From NCBI GenBank assembly GCA_964434225.1, contig CAYSUM010000004.1, positions 45,293-109,292 of the forward strand: DNA of 64,000 bases, written 5' to 3'. Below, in pieces: positions 9,001 through 18,316 of this stretch. The notes beneath the pieces are model-generated. The model saw only the letters and a program-made list of their open reading frames with translations. It was not told the origin of the DNA and did no database searches. The DNA comes from an uncultured Rhizobium sp. (GTDB lineage: Bacteria; Pseudomonadota; Alphaproteobacteria; Rickettsiales; UBA1997). Every line of letters starts with the position of its first letter. Within the stretch, counting starts at the first letter, position 1. A program made the position numbers and the translations under genes.

Positions 9001-9558
9001 TTATTTTTCGGCGGTAACTGAAAACGAAATTTCAATTTCGTCTTTTACGCCATTGGCTTTCTTGGCATCGCTGTTTCCAACTGCAAAATCACTACGTTTA
9101 ATTTTAGCTTTACCAACCGCGTGGGCTTTGGTGGCGCTATATTCGTCGAAAGAAAATTCTAAATTTAACGGAACGGTTTTGCCTTTAAGAGTTAAATTGC
9201 CATCAGCACGAAAAGATTTTCCAGCGGTGCTAAATTTTTCTGCTGTAAAAATTGCTTTCGGAAAAGCTTTTGTTGAAAGCCATTCGGGGCTTTGCAGAGT
9301 TCCAGCTGCTTCAGAAAGAGAGGCTGTAACTGAAGAGGTGTCGATATTAATCACAACTTTGCTTTTGCTCAATTGTGTTTTGTCAAAATTAATTGTGCCG
9401 CCAAATTTTGCGAAAGATCCGCTTATTATTGAACTATCTTGCGCAACCTTAAACTCGATTTTGCTTTGCGCTGGAATGATCTTCCAAGCCATATTTTCTG
9501 CGGCTTGCGCCGAGGTTACAAAAAATATTACCGCGAAAATTATCAGGATTTTTTTCAT
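9001..9558 (-). CDS. YceI-family periplasmic protein
   Basis: Signal peptide, then WKIIPAQSKIEFKV...G.F..F.G.I.FD and ...RSDF..G typical of YceI. Confidence 0.8.
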   Translation of the reverse strand: MKKILIIFAVIFFVTSAQAAENMAWKIIPAQSKIEFKVAQDSSIISGSFAKFGGTINFDKTQLSKSKVVINIDTSSVTASLSEAAGTLQSPEWLSTKAFPKAIFTAEKFSTAGKSFRADGNLTLKGKTVPLNLEFSFDEYSATKAHAVGKAKIKRSDFAVGNSDAKKANGVKDEIEISFSVTAEK

Positions 9559-9878
9559 AAGTATTTTATTTTTGAGATTTTTCGTTGCTGCGAGTTTTAA
9601 ATTTTAAAAAAGAAAATTCTATCAATTTAATCCTCGGTTTATCTCTTCATTTAAAGCAAAAAAGAGTGCGGATCGTCTTTGGTGATAAAAATCTCAAAAA
9701 ACATCATAAAAAAGAAAGTTTTTGTGCGGACGCAAAAACTTGTGATTATATTTTTAAAGTCATAGGTCGCCAAGAATAGACTTTTAGAGGTTGGTTCGAT
9801 TTTTGCTTAAAAGAATCTTAAACCTCTGAAATTCCAGAAAGGATTTAAAAAAAATTAACTTGTCGCAAATTTTGTAAG

Positions 9879-10406
9879 TTACTTTTTAGCGCGATCAATT
9901 CCTTCTTGAATCAAAGATCTGGCCTTCGCGGCGTCTTCAAAACCAGTGACTTTCACCCATTTGCCTTTTTCTAAATCTTTATAATGTTCAAAGAAATGTT
10001 TGATTTTATTGATCAAGCTTTCTGGCAAATCTTTGTAAGATTCGATGCTTTCAAACTGTGAATTCAGCTTCTTTCCTGGAACGGCGATGATTTTTTCATC
10101 CATACCTTTTTCATCTTCCATAATCAAAACTCCAACTGGTTTGGCTGAAATTACAGCACCAGGAACAACTGGATAATCCGACACAACCAGAACATCGCAA
10201 GGGTCGCCATCATCCGACAAAGTATTGGGAATAAATCCATAATTGCACGGATAATACATTGGAGTTGCGATGAAGCGATCAACAAAAATCGCGCCAGAAT
10301 CTTTATCCATTTCATACTTCACCGGATCAGCATTCATAGGCACTTCGATGATTACGTTAACATAATTTGGCGCATCTTTTCCGATCGCAATTTTTTCGAT
10401 ATTCAT
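9879..10406 (-). CDS. ppa: Inorganic pyrophosphatase
   Basis: 175 aa with the family I PPase motifs (VIIEVPMN...[14 protein letters not shown]). Confidence 0.95.
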   Translation of the reverse strand: MNIEKIAIGKDAPNYVNVIIEVPMNADPVKYEMDKDSGAIFVDRFIATPMYYPCNYGFIPNTLSDDGDPCDVLVVSDYPVVPGAVISAKPVGVLIMEDEKGMDEKIIAVPGKKLNSQFESIESYKDLPESLINKIKHFFEHYKDLEKGKWVKVTGFEDAAKARSLIQEGIDRAKK

Positions 10407-10443
10407 AATTTTTGTTTAATAGAGGTTTATAATTTTAATACTT

Positions 10444-11736
10444 TTACTTAACTTCCAGAATCACCGCGCCGCCTTGTCCGCCGCCAATGCAAAGTGCTGC
10501 AAAGCCACGATTTTTGCCGCGTCTTTTTAATTCACGAAGTGCGTGAATTACAATTCTTGCTCCCGACATTCCAACTGGATGACCTAAGGCAACGCCGCCG
10601 CCATTTACGTTGATAATTTCAGGATTTATTTCACCCAAAGCTTTATCCAAACCAAGATATTTTTGAGCAAATTCATCTGAAGCAAAGGCGCGCTGACAGC
10701 CAATTACTTGGGCAGCAAAGGCTTCATTAATTTCAAATAGATCAATGTCTTTTACGCCCAAACCGCTTTTGTCAAAAAGTTTTTTTGCAGCAAAAACCGG
10801 CCCCAAACCCATGCGCGAAGGATCTAAACCAGCGTAAGCAAATTCGCGAATGTAACCTAAAACTTCTAAACCCATTTCTTTTGCTTTTGATTCACGCATT
10901 AAAACTGCAAAAGCCGCGCCGTCAGTCACTTGCGACGAGTTTGCAACTGTGACGGTGCCCGTGCCTTTTTCAAAATAAGGTTTTAATTTTGCCAAAGCCT
11001 CAATGGTTTGGCCCTTACGCACGCCTTCGTCTTCTTCAATCATCAAAGAATTATTTTCGTCGTTGTTGAACACGGGAATAATTTCTTCTTTGAAAATTCC
11101 AGTCGCAATTGCCTTCTCAGCTTTTTGATGCGAACGCAAAGAAAACTCGTCTTGTTCTTGGCGAGTAATTTTAAAATCTTTCGCCACATTTTCTGCGGTG
11201 CAGCCCATGATTAACCCAGAAATTGGATCGGTAAGACCTTGAACCAGCCCCACAACTGGCGTTAAAAAGTTCAGTCTAAAAGTTAAAATTGTCGAAATTT
11301 TTTGCTGCAAAGTTTTTGCTTTCATCAAATTAGCAAAAAGTGCCGTCATTTTTTTGCCAAACATTAGCGGAATATTGCTCATTGATTCAACACCGCCGGC
11401 CAAAATAATTTCAGCCTCGCCATTTAAAATTTTTGACGCCGCAGTTGTCATTGCCTCCATTCCCGAAGCGCAATTTCTGTGCACGGTAAAAGCTGGCACG
11501 CTTTCTGGAATTCCAGCTTTTAGCGCAATTACGCGCGCAATATTGGCCGCTTCAGCTGGTTGCGCCACATTGCCAATAATTACTTCGTCAATTTGCTTGG
11601 GATCAACTTTTGACCTGATTAAAACTTCTTTAACAATGCGCGCGCCAAGATCGTGAGCCTTAACATTTTTTAAAACTCCACCAGCCTTACCCATTGGCGA
11701 TCTGAAGCCAGCAACAATTGCGATACGTTCTTTCAT
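10444..11736 (-). CDS. Acetyl-CoA C-acyltransferase (thiolase)
   Basis: Thiolase blocks are present: active-site NCASGM, C-terminal NVNGGGVALGHPVGMSGARI and GFAALCIGGGQG. Confidence 0.9.
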   Translation of the reverse strand: MKERIAIVAGFRSPMGKAGGVLKNVKAHDLGARIVKEVLIRSKVDPKQIDEVIIGNVAQPAEAANIARVIALKAGIPESVPAFTVHRNCASGMEAMTTAASKILNGEAEIILAGGVESMSNIPLMFGKKMTALFANLMKAKTLQQKISTILTFRLNFLTPVVGLVQGLTDPISGLIMGCTAENVAKDFKITRQEQDEFSLRSHQKAEKAIATGIFKEEIIPVFNNDENNSLMIEEDEGVRKGQTIEALAKLKPYFEKGTGTVTVANSSQVTDGAAFAVLMRESKAKEMGLEVLGYIREFAYAGLDPSRMGLGPVFAAKKLFDKSGLGVKDIDLFEINEAFAAQVIGCQRAFASDEFAQKYLGLDKALGEINPEIINVNGGGVALGHPVGMSGARIVIHALRELKRRGKNRGFAALCIGGGQGGAVILEVK

Positions 11737-11824
11737 TTCAATTAAGATTTTAGATTTAGGATTTTGGAATTTATGATTTGTTGAGAACTGTTTTAGACCT
11801 GAAATAATTAAATCAAATTAATTT

Positions 11825-12610
11825 ATGCTTACTCAAGAAATCATCGATTTCGCAAATTATCTGGCAGATATTTCACAGCCAATTGCTAAACAATATTTTC
11901 GTGTAAATAACGGCGAAGTGGCGAAGGACGATGATTCTCCTGTCACCAAAGCTGATCGCGAAATTGAAAAAATTATTCGCGAAGCAATCGAAAAAAAATT
12001 TCCTGATCATGGAATTATCGGCGAAGAATTTGGCAATAAAAATATCGATGCCGATTTTATTTGGGTTTTAGATCCCATCGACGGCACTTCTTCTTTTATT
12101 ATTGGCCGTGCAATTTTTGGAACTTTAATCGCATTAATTCACCAAGGAAAACCCCTCTTGGGAATTATGAATCAACCAATCTCAAACGAGCGCTGGATTG
12201 GAATTGAAGGCCAAGGATCAAGCTTTCAGGGTAAAAAAATTTCTACCCGAAATTGTACAGAAATTTCTGATGCGGTAATGTGTTCCGCCTCATCTTTTTA
12301 TTTCCAAAATGGCGAAGAAAAAATCTTAGAAAAAATTTCTAGCCTGACAAAATACCAAAAAATCGGTGGCGTAATTTACGGTGGAGATTGCTATTCTTAT
12401 GCGTCGCTGGCTTCTGGCTTTGTTGATATTGTGATTGATAGCGGACTTAAAATTTACGATTACGCAGCACTAATTCCAATTATTAAAAATGCCGGCGGCG
12501 TTGTAAGCGACTGGGCAGGAAATGATTTAAAATTAAAATCTGATGTGCGTTTGGTGGCTTGTGCGAATAAAAAATTGCACGAGAAAGTTTTGAAAGTTTT
12601 GAATTTTTAG
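11825..12610 (+). CDS. Inositol monophosphatase family protein (IMPase/HisN-like)
   Basis: IMPase motifs are present (VTKADREIE, WVLDPIDGTSSF, GGDCYSYA). Confidence 0.8.
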   Translation: MLTQEIIDFANYLADISQPIAKQYFRVNNGEVAKDDDSPVTKADREIEKIIREAIEKKFPDHGIIGEEFGNKNIDADFIWVLDPIDGTSSFIIGRAIFGTLIALIHQGKPLLGIMNQPISNERWIGIEGQGSSFQGKKISTRNCTEISDAVMCSASSFYFQNGEEKILEKISSLTKYQKIGGVIYGGDCYSYASLASGFVDIVIDSGLKIYDYAALIPIIKNAGGVVSDWAGNDLKLKSDVRLVACANKKLHEKVLKVLNF

Positions 12611-12617
12611 AGGCGCT

Positions 12618-13223
12618 CTAGAAAGAATAAACCGTTCCCAACTTCACCACTTCTGATCGAACTTGCGCACCACCAACTGCGCTACTCTCAAATTGCTGTT
12701 GGCTATACATAAATTTTATACCAAAACTGTTGGAAATATTAATCTGCGAACCAATTCCAACCGAGCTGCTAGTTGCTTTATTTGAACCAATCACAACTGT
12801 TTTCTGTCCTGGATTATAAGCAAAACTTCCCAAATCATAACTAACAAATCCCGAAACATAGCGATTAAATTCGTAACCAACATTGGCTTTTACGTCGTAA
12901 GTAACTCCTGGAATTCCGCCAACTTGATTTGGCGTTGAGCTATTCGTTGAAGAACCGCCATTTTGCACGGGAGCAACATTGTTGCCCTTTTGCATAAAAA
13001 CTTCTGGCGCTAAGAAAAATCCGTTACCGCTAAATTTATAACCGTAATAACGATCTTCTGCAATCTTACTATCAAGCGAAACCGCATTATTAACATTACC
13101 AATTTTATTATTAGTTTTTGACGGATCGACACCAACATAAAAACCATTTCCATCCTCAGAATAAGCGGCGACATTCGCTGTGATGCCAATAAAAATCAGA
13201 AAAAATATCAGAAAATTTTTCAT
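12618..13223 (-). CDS. Small outer-membrane beta-barrel protein
   Basis: Signal peptide, alternating beta-strand pattern, and a C-terminal ...LGTVYSF beta-signal ending in Phe. Confidence 0.65.
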   Translation of the reverse strand: MKNFLIFFLIFIGITANVAAYSEDGNGFYVGVDPSKTNNKIGNVNNAVSLDSKIAEDRYYGYKFSGNGFFLAPEVFMQKGNNVAPVQNGGSSTNSSTPNQVGGIPGVTYDVKANVGYEFNRYVSGFVSYDLGSFAYNPGQKTVVIGSNKATSSSVGIGSQINISNSFGIKFMYSQQQFESSAVGGAQVRSEVVKLGTVYSF

Positions 13224-13360
13224 AATTTTGTTCTGAGAAAAATTTTTGAATTTAAAGAATCTCTAAAAAACCAAGATTTTTCGAGGGATTTTGCACTCAA
13301 AAAAGACGGTTTTTCAGAGATTCTTTATAAATTGCTTATTTTCGATCTTAATTAATCTAA

Positions 13361-14902
13361 TTAATGTTTGAAATGCCTAGTTTCAATAAAGTAAAGAGCC
13401 ACTCCTTTTTCATCAGCTTTGGCAATTACTTCTGCGTCGCGCATTGAGCCACCCGGAGCGATAATTGCTTTAATGCCAAAAGATGCGGCGATTTCGATGT
13501 TATCAGCAAAAGGAAAAAAGGCGTCAGAGGCTAAAAATCCGCCACTGGCTTTATTAACATTTTTTTCACCATCAAAAAATTCCGCCGCTTTTTTGCAGGC
13601 AATTTCGCATGAATCAACGCGGCTCATTTGACCAGCGCCAATGCCCACAGTTTGAAAATCTTGCACCACAATAATCGCGTTTGATTTCACGTGTTTACAG
13701 ACATTCATGGCAAAAATTAATTGCTCGATTTCGGTTTCATTTGCTGAATTTTTTGTGACTAATTTTAGGTCATTTTCTGTGATATTTTTGCGGTCTAATT
13801 CTTGAATTAAAAACCCGCCAGAAACTGATTTTACTTGGATTTCAGCTGATGTTTTAAAGTCAGCAATAAGCACACGCAGATTTTTTTTCGCCGCCAAAAT
13901 CACTTGCGCTTTTTCATCAATTTCACGCGCGATAATTACTTCAAAAAACATTTTTGAAAGCTCAAGCGCCAAGGCTTCATCGATTTTTCCATTTAACGCC
14001 ACAATGCCACCAAAAGCTGATTTTGGATCGGACGAAAGCGCTCGCGTGTAGGCTTCAAGCAATGTCGCGCCAATTGCAGTTCCGCATGGATTTGCATGTT
14101 TAATAATTGCGCAAGCCGGTTTTTGAAATTCTAAAACCAAATTATAAGCTGCGTCTGAATCGTTTAAATTATTGTAGCTAAGCTCTTTGCCTTGCAGCTG
14201 TTTGGCATTGACAATTCCTGAATTTGAAGTGGAAAAAACCGCCGCTTTTTGGTGTGAATTTTCGCCGTAACGCAATTCCTGTTTTAAATTTCCGCGCAGC
14301 GAAAAATCGCTCTTATTAAACCAGCAAGAAATTGCCAAATCGTAATCAGCAATATTTTTGAAAGCCGCTGCGGCCATGTTTTTCCTGAATTCAAAGGATG
14401 TCGCGTTAGAATTTTTTTCCATCTCCGCAATCAAATTTTGATATTGCGACGCATCAGTAATTACCGTTTTGTAAGCAAAATTTTTCGAAGCCGAACGCAC
14501 CATTGCCGGCCCGCCAATGTCGATATTTTCGATGATTTCTTCTTCGTCAGTAGTTTTGGCAACCGTTTCAACAAACGGATAAAGATTAATGATCAGCAAG
14601 TCGATTGATTCAATTCCGTGCGCCTTTGCCGCCGCCACATGCTGCGAATTATCAAGCACCGCAAGCAACGCGCCGTGCACTTTTGGGTGCAAAGTTTTTA
14701 CACGACCATCCATCATTTCGGGAAATCCGGTGAACTCAGAAATATCTTTTACCGGAATTTTTTTCTCCGCCAAAAGTTTGCAAGTGCCGCCCGTTGAAAT
14801 TATTTCAACACCACGCGCAACCAGATTTTGCGCTAGCTCAACGATGCCGCTTTTGTCTGAAACTGAAATTAAACAACGAGAGATTTTTTGTAAGTTTTGC
14901 AT
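13361..14902 (-). CDS. purH: Bifunctional AICAR transformylase / IMP cyclohydrolase
   Basis: 513 aa with an MGS-like N-terminal domain (ISVSDKSGIVELA...GGT) and an AICARFT domain (KHANPCG, GIGAGQMSRVDS). Confidence 0.95.
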   Translation of the reverse strand: MQNLQKISRCLISVSDKSGIVELAQNLVARGVEIISTGGTCKLLAEKKIPVKDISEFTGFPEMMDGRVKTLHPKVHGALLAVLDNSQHVAAAKAHGIESIDLLIINLYPFVETVAKTTDEEEIIENIDIGGPAMVRSASKNFAYKTVITDASQYQNLIAEMEKNSNATSFEFRKNMAAAAFKNIADYDLAISCWFNKSDFSLRGNLKQELRYGENSHQKAAVFSTSNSGIVNAKQLQGKELSYNNLNDSDAAYNLVLEFQKPACAIIKHANPCGTAIGATLLEAYTRALSSDPKSAFGGIVALNGKIDEALALELSKMFFEVIIAREIDEKAQVILAAKKNLRVLIADFKTSAEIQVKSVSGGFLIQELDRKNITENDLKLVTKNSANETEIEQLIFAMNVCKHVKSNAIIVVQDFQTVGIGAGQMSRVDSCEIACKKAAEFFDGEKNVNKASGGFLASDAFFPFADNIEIAASFGIKAIIAPGGSMRDAEVIAKADEKGVALYFIETRHFKH

Positions 14903-14964
14903 TTTTTTTAAGAGTTAATTTTAAAAGAATTTTTTATGAAATAATTGTTTGCTCAATGATGAAA

Positions 14965-15831
14965 TCAATTTTTTGCCTTTCTGATTCTATTTGTTTTTTG
15001 ATTATTTATTGAGGTTTGTGGCAAGAAATTTTCTCGGCTCACAACTTTTTTGTTAGTTTTTTCTTCTAAAGCTAATCTGGCATCTTTGGCAATTTTGCCG
15101 CCTTTTTGCGCTGGAGATTTATTTTCTTCCAAACCCTTAGCCTGCATATTTTCAGCAATTTGGCGGGTGGAAACTTCGGCTAGAGCGGTAAAAATTAGCT
15201 CAACTTCGCTCATGTGGTCACGTAAGTTGTGGTTTTTTAATCCTTTAAGATTTTTGTGTTCAGAAACGCTCAAACCGCTCCATTCTTGGTGAATAATATT
15301 GGTGAGAATGGCAAATTCTTCACCTTTCTTCACACCACTTTCTTGCCAATAGTCAGTAAGTTTATTGCGGGTTTCTTGACCCATCATTCTTTGCTGAATC
15401 CACTTTTGGCTTCTGCCATGTTTTTGCCAATTTTCTCTAGCGCGGTTCAAAGATTGTTCGGGGTCGGAAATTTCTTGAATTCTTTCATTACCAACTTTTG
15501 CTAACCACATTTTGATTGGCTCAGCTTTTGGGCTTGGGATCGATTGAATTAAGCGGAAAATCGATTCAAGATCAGCAACGTCGGTAAGCCTCATTTTTCC
15601 ATCTTCAGCAACCATTTTCAACTGGTCACAATTTGTGACCACTTCACTTCCTTCTTGCTTCAAGCGGCTTTTTAGAGTTGTCCAATAGCTCTTTGCCTTC
15701 TTGTAATCACTTTGCTCAGTTAAAGCGGCAACAATGTCGATAACCGAGAAAAACCATTTTTGAGTTTTTTCATCAAAAGATTTACGGATTTTAAATTTTT
15801 CAAAAATTGCGAGGCTTTGTTGTTGGTTCAT
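14965..15831 (-). CDS. Bro-N domain protein with DinD-like C-terminal region
   Basis: WFFSVIDIVAALTE...LIQSIPSPKAEPIKMWLAKVGNERI matches the widespread Bro-N family. The C-terminal NLKGLKNHNLRDHMSEVEL resembles the DinD C-terminal half. Confidence 0.7.
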   Translation of the reverse strand: MNQQQSLAIFEKFKIRKSFDEKTQKWFFSVIDIVAALTEQSDYKKAKSYWTTLKSRLKQEGSEVVTNCDQLKMVAEDGKMRLTDVADLESIFRLIQSIPSPKAEPIKMWLAKVGNERIQEISDPEQSLNRARENWQKHGRSQKWIQQRMMGQETRNKLTDYWQESGVKKGEEFAILTNIIHQEWSGLSVSEHKNLKGLKNHNLRDHMSEVELIFTALAEVSTRQIAENMQAKGLEENKSPAQKGGKIAKDARLALEEKTNKKVVSRENFLPQTSINNQKTNRIRKAKN

Positions 15832-15904
15832 GGGTTAGATTTGGTTGATTTGCCTTAAAAAAACCTACGAAAAGACGGTTTTTTAAGAAGCTTCTTGGAC
15901 AATG

Positions 15905-16513
15905 TTAGCTAATTATTTTCAGAATTTTCTGAAAACTTTCCTCAATCGTTAAATTTCCATTATCAATTACAACCGCGTCTGGCGCGATTTTAAGTGGTGC
16001 GTCGGCGCGACCAAAATCATTTTCGTCGCGTCTTTTTAGCTGCGCTAAAATTTCTTCGTAATTGCTTTGCAGCTGATTAAAGCGGCGTTTGGCGCGAATT
16101 TCAACATCAGCCGTAACGAAAAATTTAAAGTCGGCATCCGCAGCAATTACCGTTGTCGTATCACGCCCATCAAGCACCGCGCCTTTTTCTGATTTTACAA
16201 AATCACGCTGCAAATCAAAAAGTGCGGCGCGCAATTTTGGATTTTTTGCAATAATTGAAGCAACCGCCCCAACCTTTTCGCTAAATAATTCTTCCAGCTC
16301 AAGATCACTTTCCGAAATATTTTTCACCAATTCGCCAATATTTTTTTCAAACTCACTTGGCTCAATTTTGCGCTCCATCACGCGCCACGCCACCAGCCGA
16401 TAAAGCGCGCCAGTATTAAGATAAGGCAAGTCAAAATGCGCCGCCAACTTTTTTGCCAACGTGCCTTTTCCCGAAGCCGAAGGACCGTCGATTGCGATTA
16501 CTAAATTTTTCAT
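15905..16513 (-). CDS. cmk: Cytidylate kinase
   Basis: IAIDGPSASGKGT P-loop followed by the LDGRD motif. Confidence 0.9.
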   Translation of the reverse strand: MKNLVIAIDGPSASGKGTLAKKLAAHFDLPYLNTGALYRLVAWRVMERKIEPSEFEKNIGELVKNISESDLELEELFSEKVGAVASIIAKNPKLRAALFDLQRDFVKSEKGAVLDGRDTTTVIAADADFKFFVTADVEIRAKRRFNQLQSNYEEILAQLKRRDENDFGRADAPLKIAPDAVVIDNGNLTIEESFQKILKIIS

Positions 16514-16520
16514 TTTTTAC

Positions 16521-17210
16521 TTATGATTGTTGCGAAGAGTTTTCCAGCCAGCTTACCCAAGCATCAAAAAGCGGACATTTTTCTCTGATTTCTTTCAAGC
16601 CAATATCTTCAGCTAAAGGAATTCCATCAGCTGTTTTTGAATAGCCGAAAACCATCTTTTCAATTCTTTTGCTAGGAGCTGTTTCTTTGCTGTCATTTAT
16701 TTCTTCTGGTGATTTTTCCTCTAAAATTTTTCCAAATTCACTTTGGATTTTTTGCTCAACTTTGCTGTCTCCATCACTCAACCTAGAAGACATTTTTTTA
16801 ATATTTGAAAACAACAAACCTTCAAACTCATACATTTGAATATAAGGCTTGAACCTTCTTGCTGCGGTATCTCCAGCTTTTTCTTTTACCGCTTCAAAAA
16901 TTGCATCTTCAACAATTTGCTTTTTCTCTTTGTGAGTGTTGTTGCTTTTTACTTTGCCTTTTCCGGGAACGTCAGACTTCATTCCATAGAAATCAAAGAA
17001 GGTTGTGCATAAAGCGTTTTTGTCACTTTGCAAAAGAGTGGTGATATCTCCAAGAATTCTTGCCTCTTTGACATCGCCGCCTTTTTTACCGGGCCTTCCA
17101 AGTATCGGAGAAGAAACATTGATTCCAAATCCCAATAAATACGGAGAAACTATTTTTTTTACAAAATCCCTTTCGGTTGAGCCCTCGCAAATAATTAACA
17201 CTCGAGTCAT
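16521..17210 (-). CDS. DUF4276-like (Toprim-like) protein, partner of the upstream ABC ATPase
   Basis: MTRVLIICEGSTERDFV... matches the DUF4276 N-terminal EGxxE pattern as I recall it. I prefer the ATG at 17210 because it forms an ATGA overlap with the ATPase stop codon; the track ORF extends to 17243. Confidence 0.6.
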   Translation of the reverse strand: MTRVLIICEGSTERDFVKKIVSPYLLGFGINVSSPILGRPGKKGGDVKEARILGDITTLLQSDKNALCTTFFDFYGMKSDVPGKGKVKSNNTHKEKKQIVEDAIFEAVKEKAGDTAARRFKPYIQMYEFEGLLFSNIKKMSSRLSDGDSKVEQKIQSEFGKILEEKSPEEINDSKETAPSKRIEKMVFGYSKTADGIPLAEDIGLKEIREKCPLFDAWVSWLENSSQQS

Positions 17211-18316
17211 TGCGGCATTCCTCCAAAAATGTCTTTTTCCCACAATTCACCAAGCGTGTAATCTTCAAGCCAGCGATCTAAATCTTCTTTGCTTAAACCA
17301 CCTTCTTCGCTTTTGTCAGGCAATCTACGGAACACCGTTTCATCATTTTTACGATCAGCAATTATCAAATCTTCAGGATCAAATTGACTAATGAGATTTG
17401 TGCTTTGAGTTGCAATTATTACTTGTTTTTTGGAAGCCTTAATTAACTCAGATAGAATGTTTAAAGCGTAAGGATGAAGACCAAGTTCTGGTTCGTCAAT
17501 AATGATGGTTTCTGGCTGAAATTCTTCTGGTTGCAAAAATACCGTTGCTAAACAAATAAAACGTAAAGTTCCGTCAGACAAAGCGTGAATACTCATTGGA
17601 AAGTCTTTACCACGCTCAAACCAATTAAGAACTATCCTATCGCCCAAAGAAGAGAAGGTAAAATTTCCAAAAAACGGTGCGACCAACCTAACAACTTCAA
17701 CTATTTTGTCATAATATTTTTTGTGCTTTTCCTGTAAATTTATTAGAAATGAAGCCAAATTTTCGGCATCAAATCTTAAAAAATTGTAATCACTTGTAAG
17801 TGAAGCCTGTTTAACTTTCGCATCTCTTCCAATATCATGAAAATGATAAGGTTGCCAAGTTCGCATCGCATTTAAAACATATTTATAAACCCCATTATCA
17901 TTTCCACGCTCTTCAATTTTACTTTCTTCGTGACCAGAGCCGCATGAGTAATCTCCCCCCAAATTCCAATAAGCACATTCTTTAGCAAAAACCATTTTAT
18001 TATTTTGCGTAGGAGACAACTCAAATTTGTAGCCGTTATTTCCAAAATATAATTCTCCATTTATTTGCCCCGTAACTTTTCTTCCATATCGCAACAATGC
18101 ATCAGGACCATTTCTAGCAACGGCAAATTGAAAATAAGTCTTAACACCATCTGGCTTGTAAAGCATCGTATTCACCATCTTAAGAAACCCAATAAAATTA
18201 GATTTCCCAGCGCCATTAGCGCCAATAAGAATATTTGTTTTTCTAAGCTCTAAATCACATTCCTTAATAGATTTGTAACCAGAAATTTTTATGCGCGTTA
18301 GTTGTTTTTCATTCAT
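17207..18316 (-). CDS. SMC/RecF-like ABC-type ATPase (AAA_15/21-like)
   Basis: Walker A GANGAGKSN, signature-like LSDGTLRF, Walker B IIIDEPELGLHP, H-loop ATQS. The start ATG overlaps the stop codon of the upstream gene (ATGA). Confidence 0.8.
   Translation of the reverse strand: MNEKQLTRIKISGYKSIKECDLELRKTNILIGANGAGKSNFIGFLKMVNTMLYKPDGVKTYFQFAVARNGPDALLRYGRKVTGQINGELYFGNNGYKFELSPTQNNKMVFAKECAYWNLGGDYSCGSGHEESKIEERGNDNGVYKYVLNAMRTWQPYHFHDIGRDAKVKQASLTSDYNFLRFDAENLASFLINLQEKHKKYYDKIVEVVRLVAPFFGNFTFSSLGDRIVLNWFERGKDFPMSIHALSDGTLRFICLATVFLQPEEFQPETIIIDEPELGLHPYALNILSELIKASKKQVIIATQSTNLISQFDPEDLIIADRKNDETVFRRLPDKSEEGGLSKEDLDRWLEDYTLGELWEKDIFGGMPQ

Noticed and set aside
9053-9607. 184-aa plus-strand ORF almost exactly antisense to the YceI gene
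   Set aside because: The minus-strand frame has clear YceI motifs and a signal peptide, and the antisense frame has no motifs. The same reasoning applies to the other antisense ORFs in the track, e.g. 36217-36666, 11354-11656, 14589-14918, 16089-16403, 20741-21169, 20893-21192, 22137-22493, 39986-40390, 46361-46711, 50236-50589, 52022-52447 and 55516-55887.
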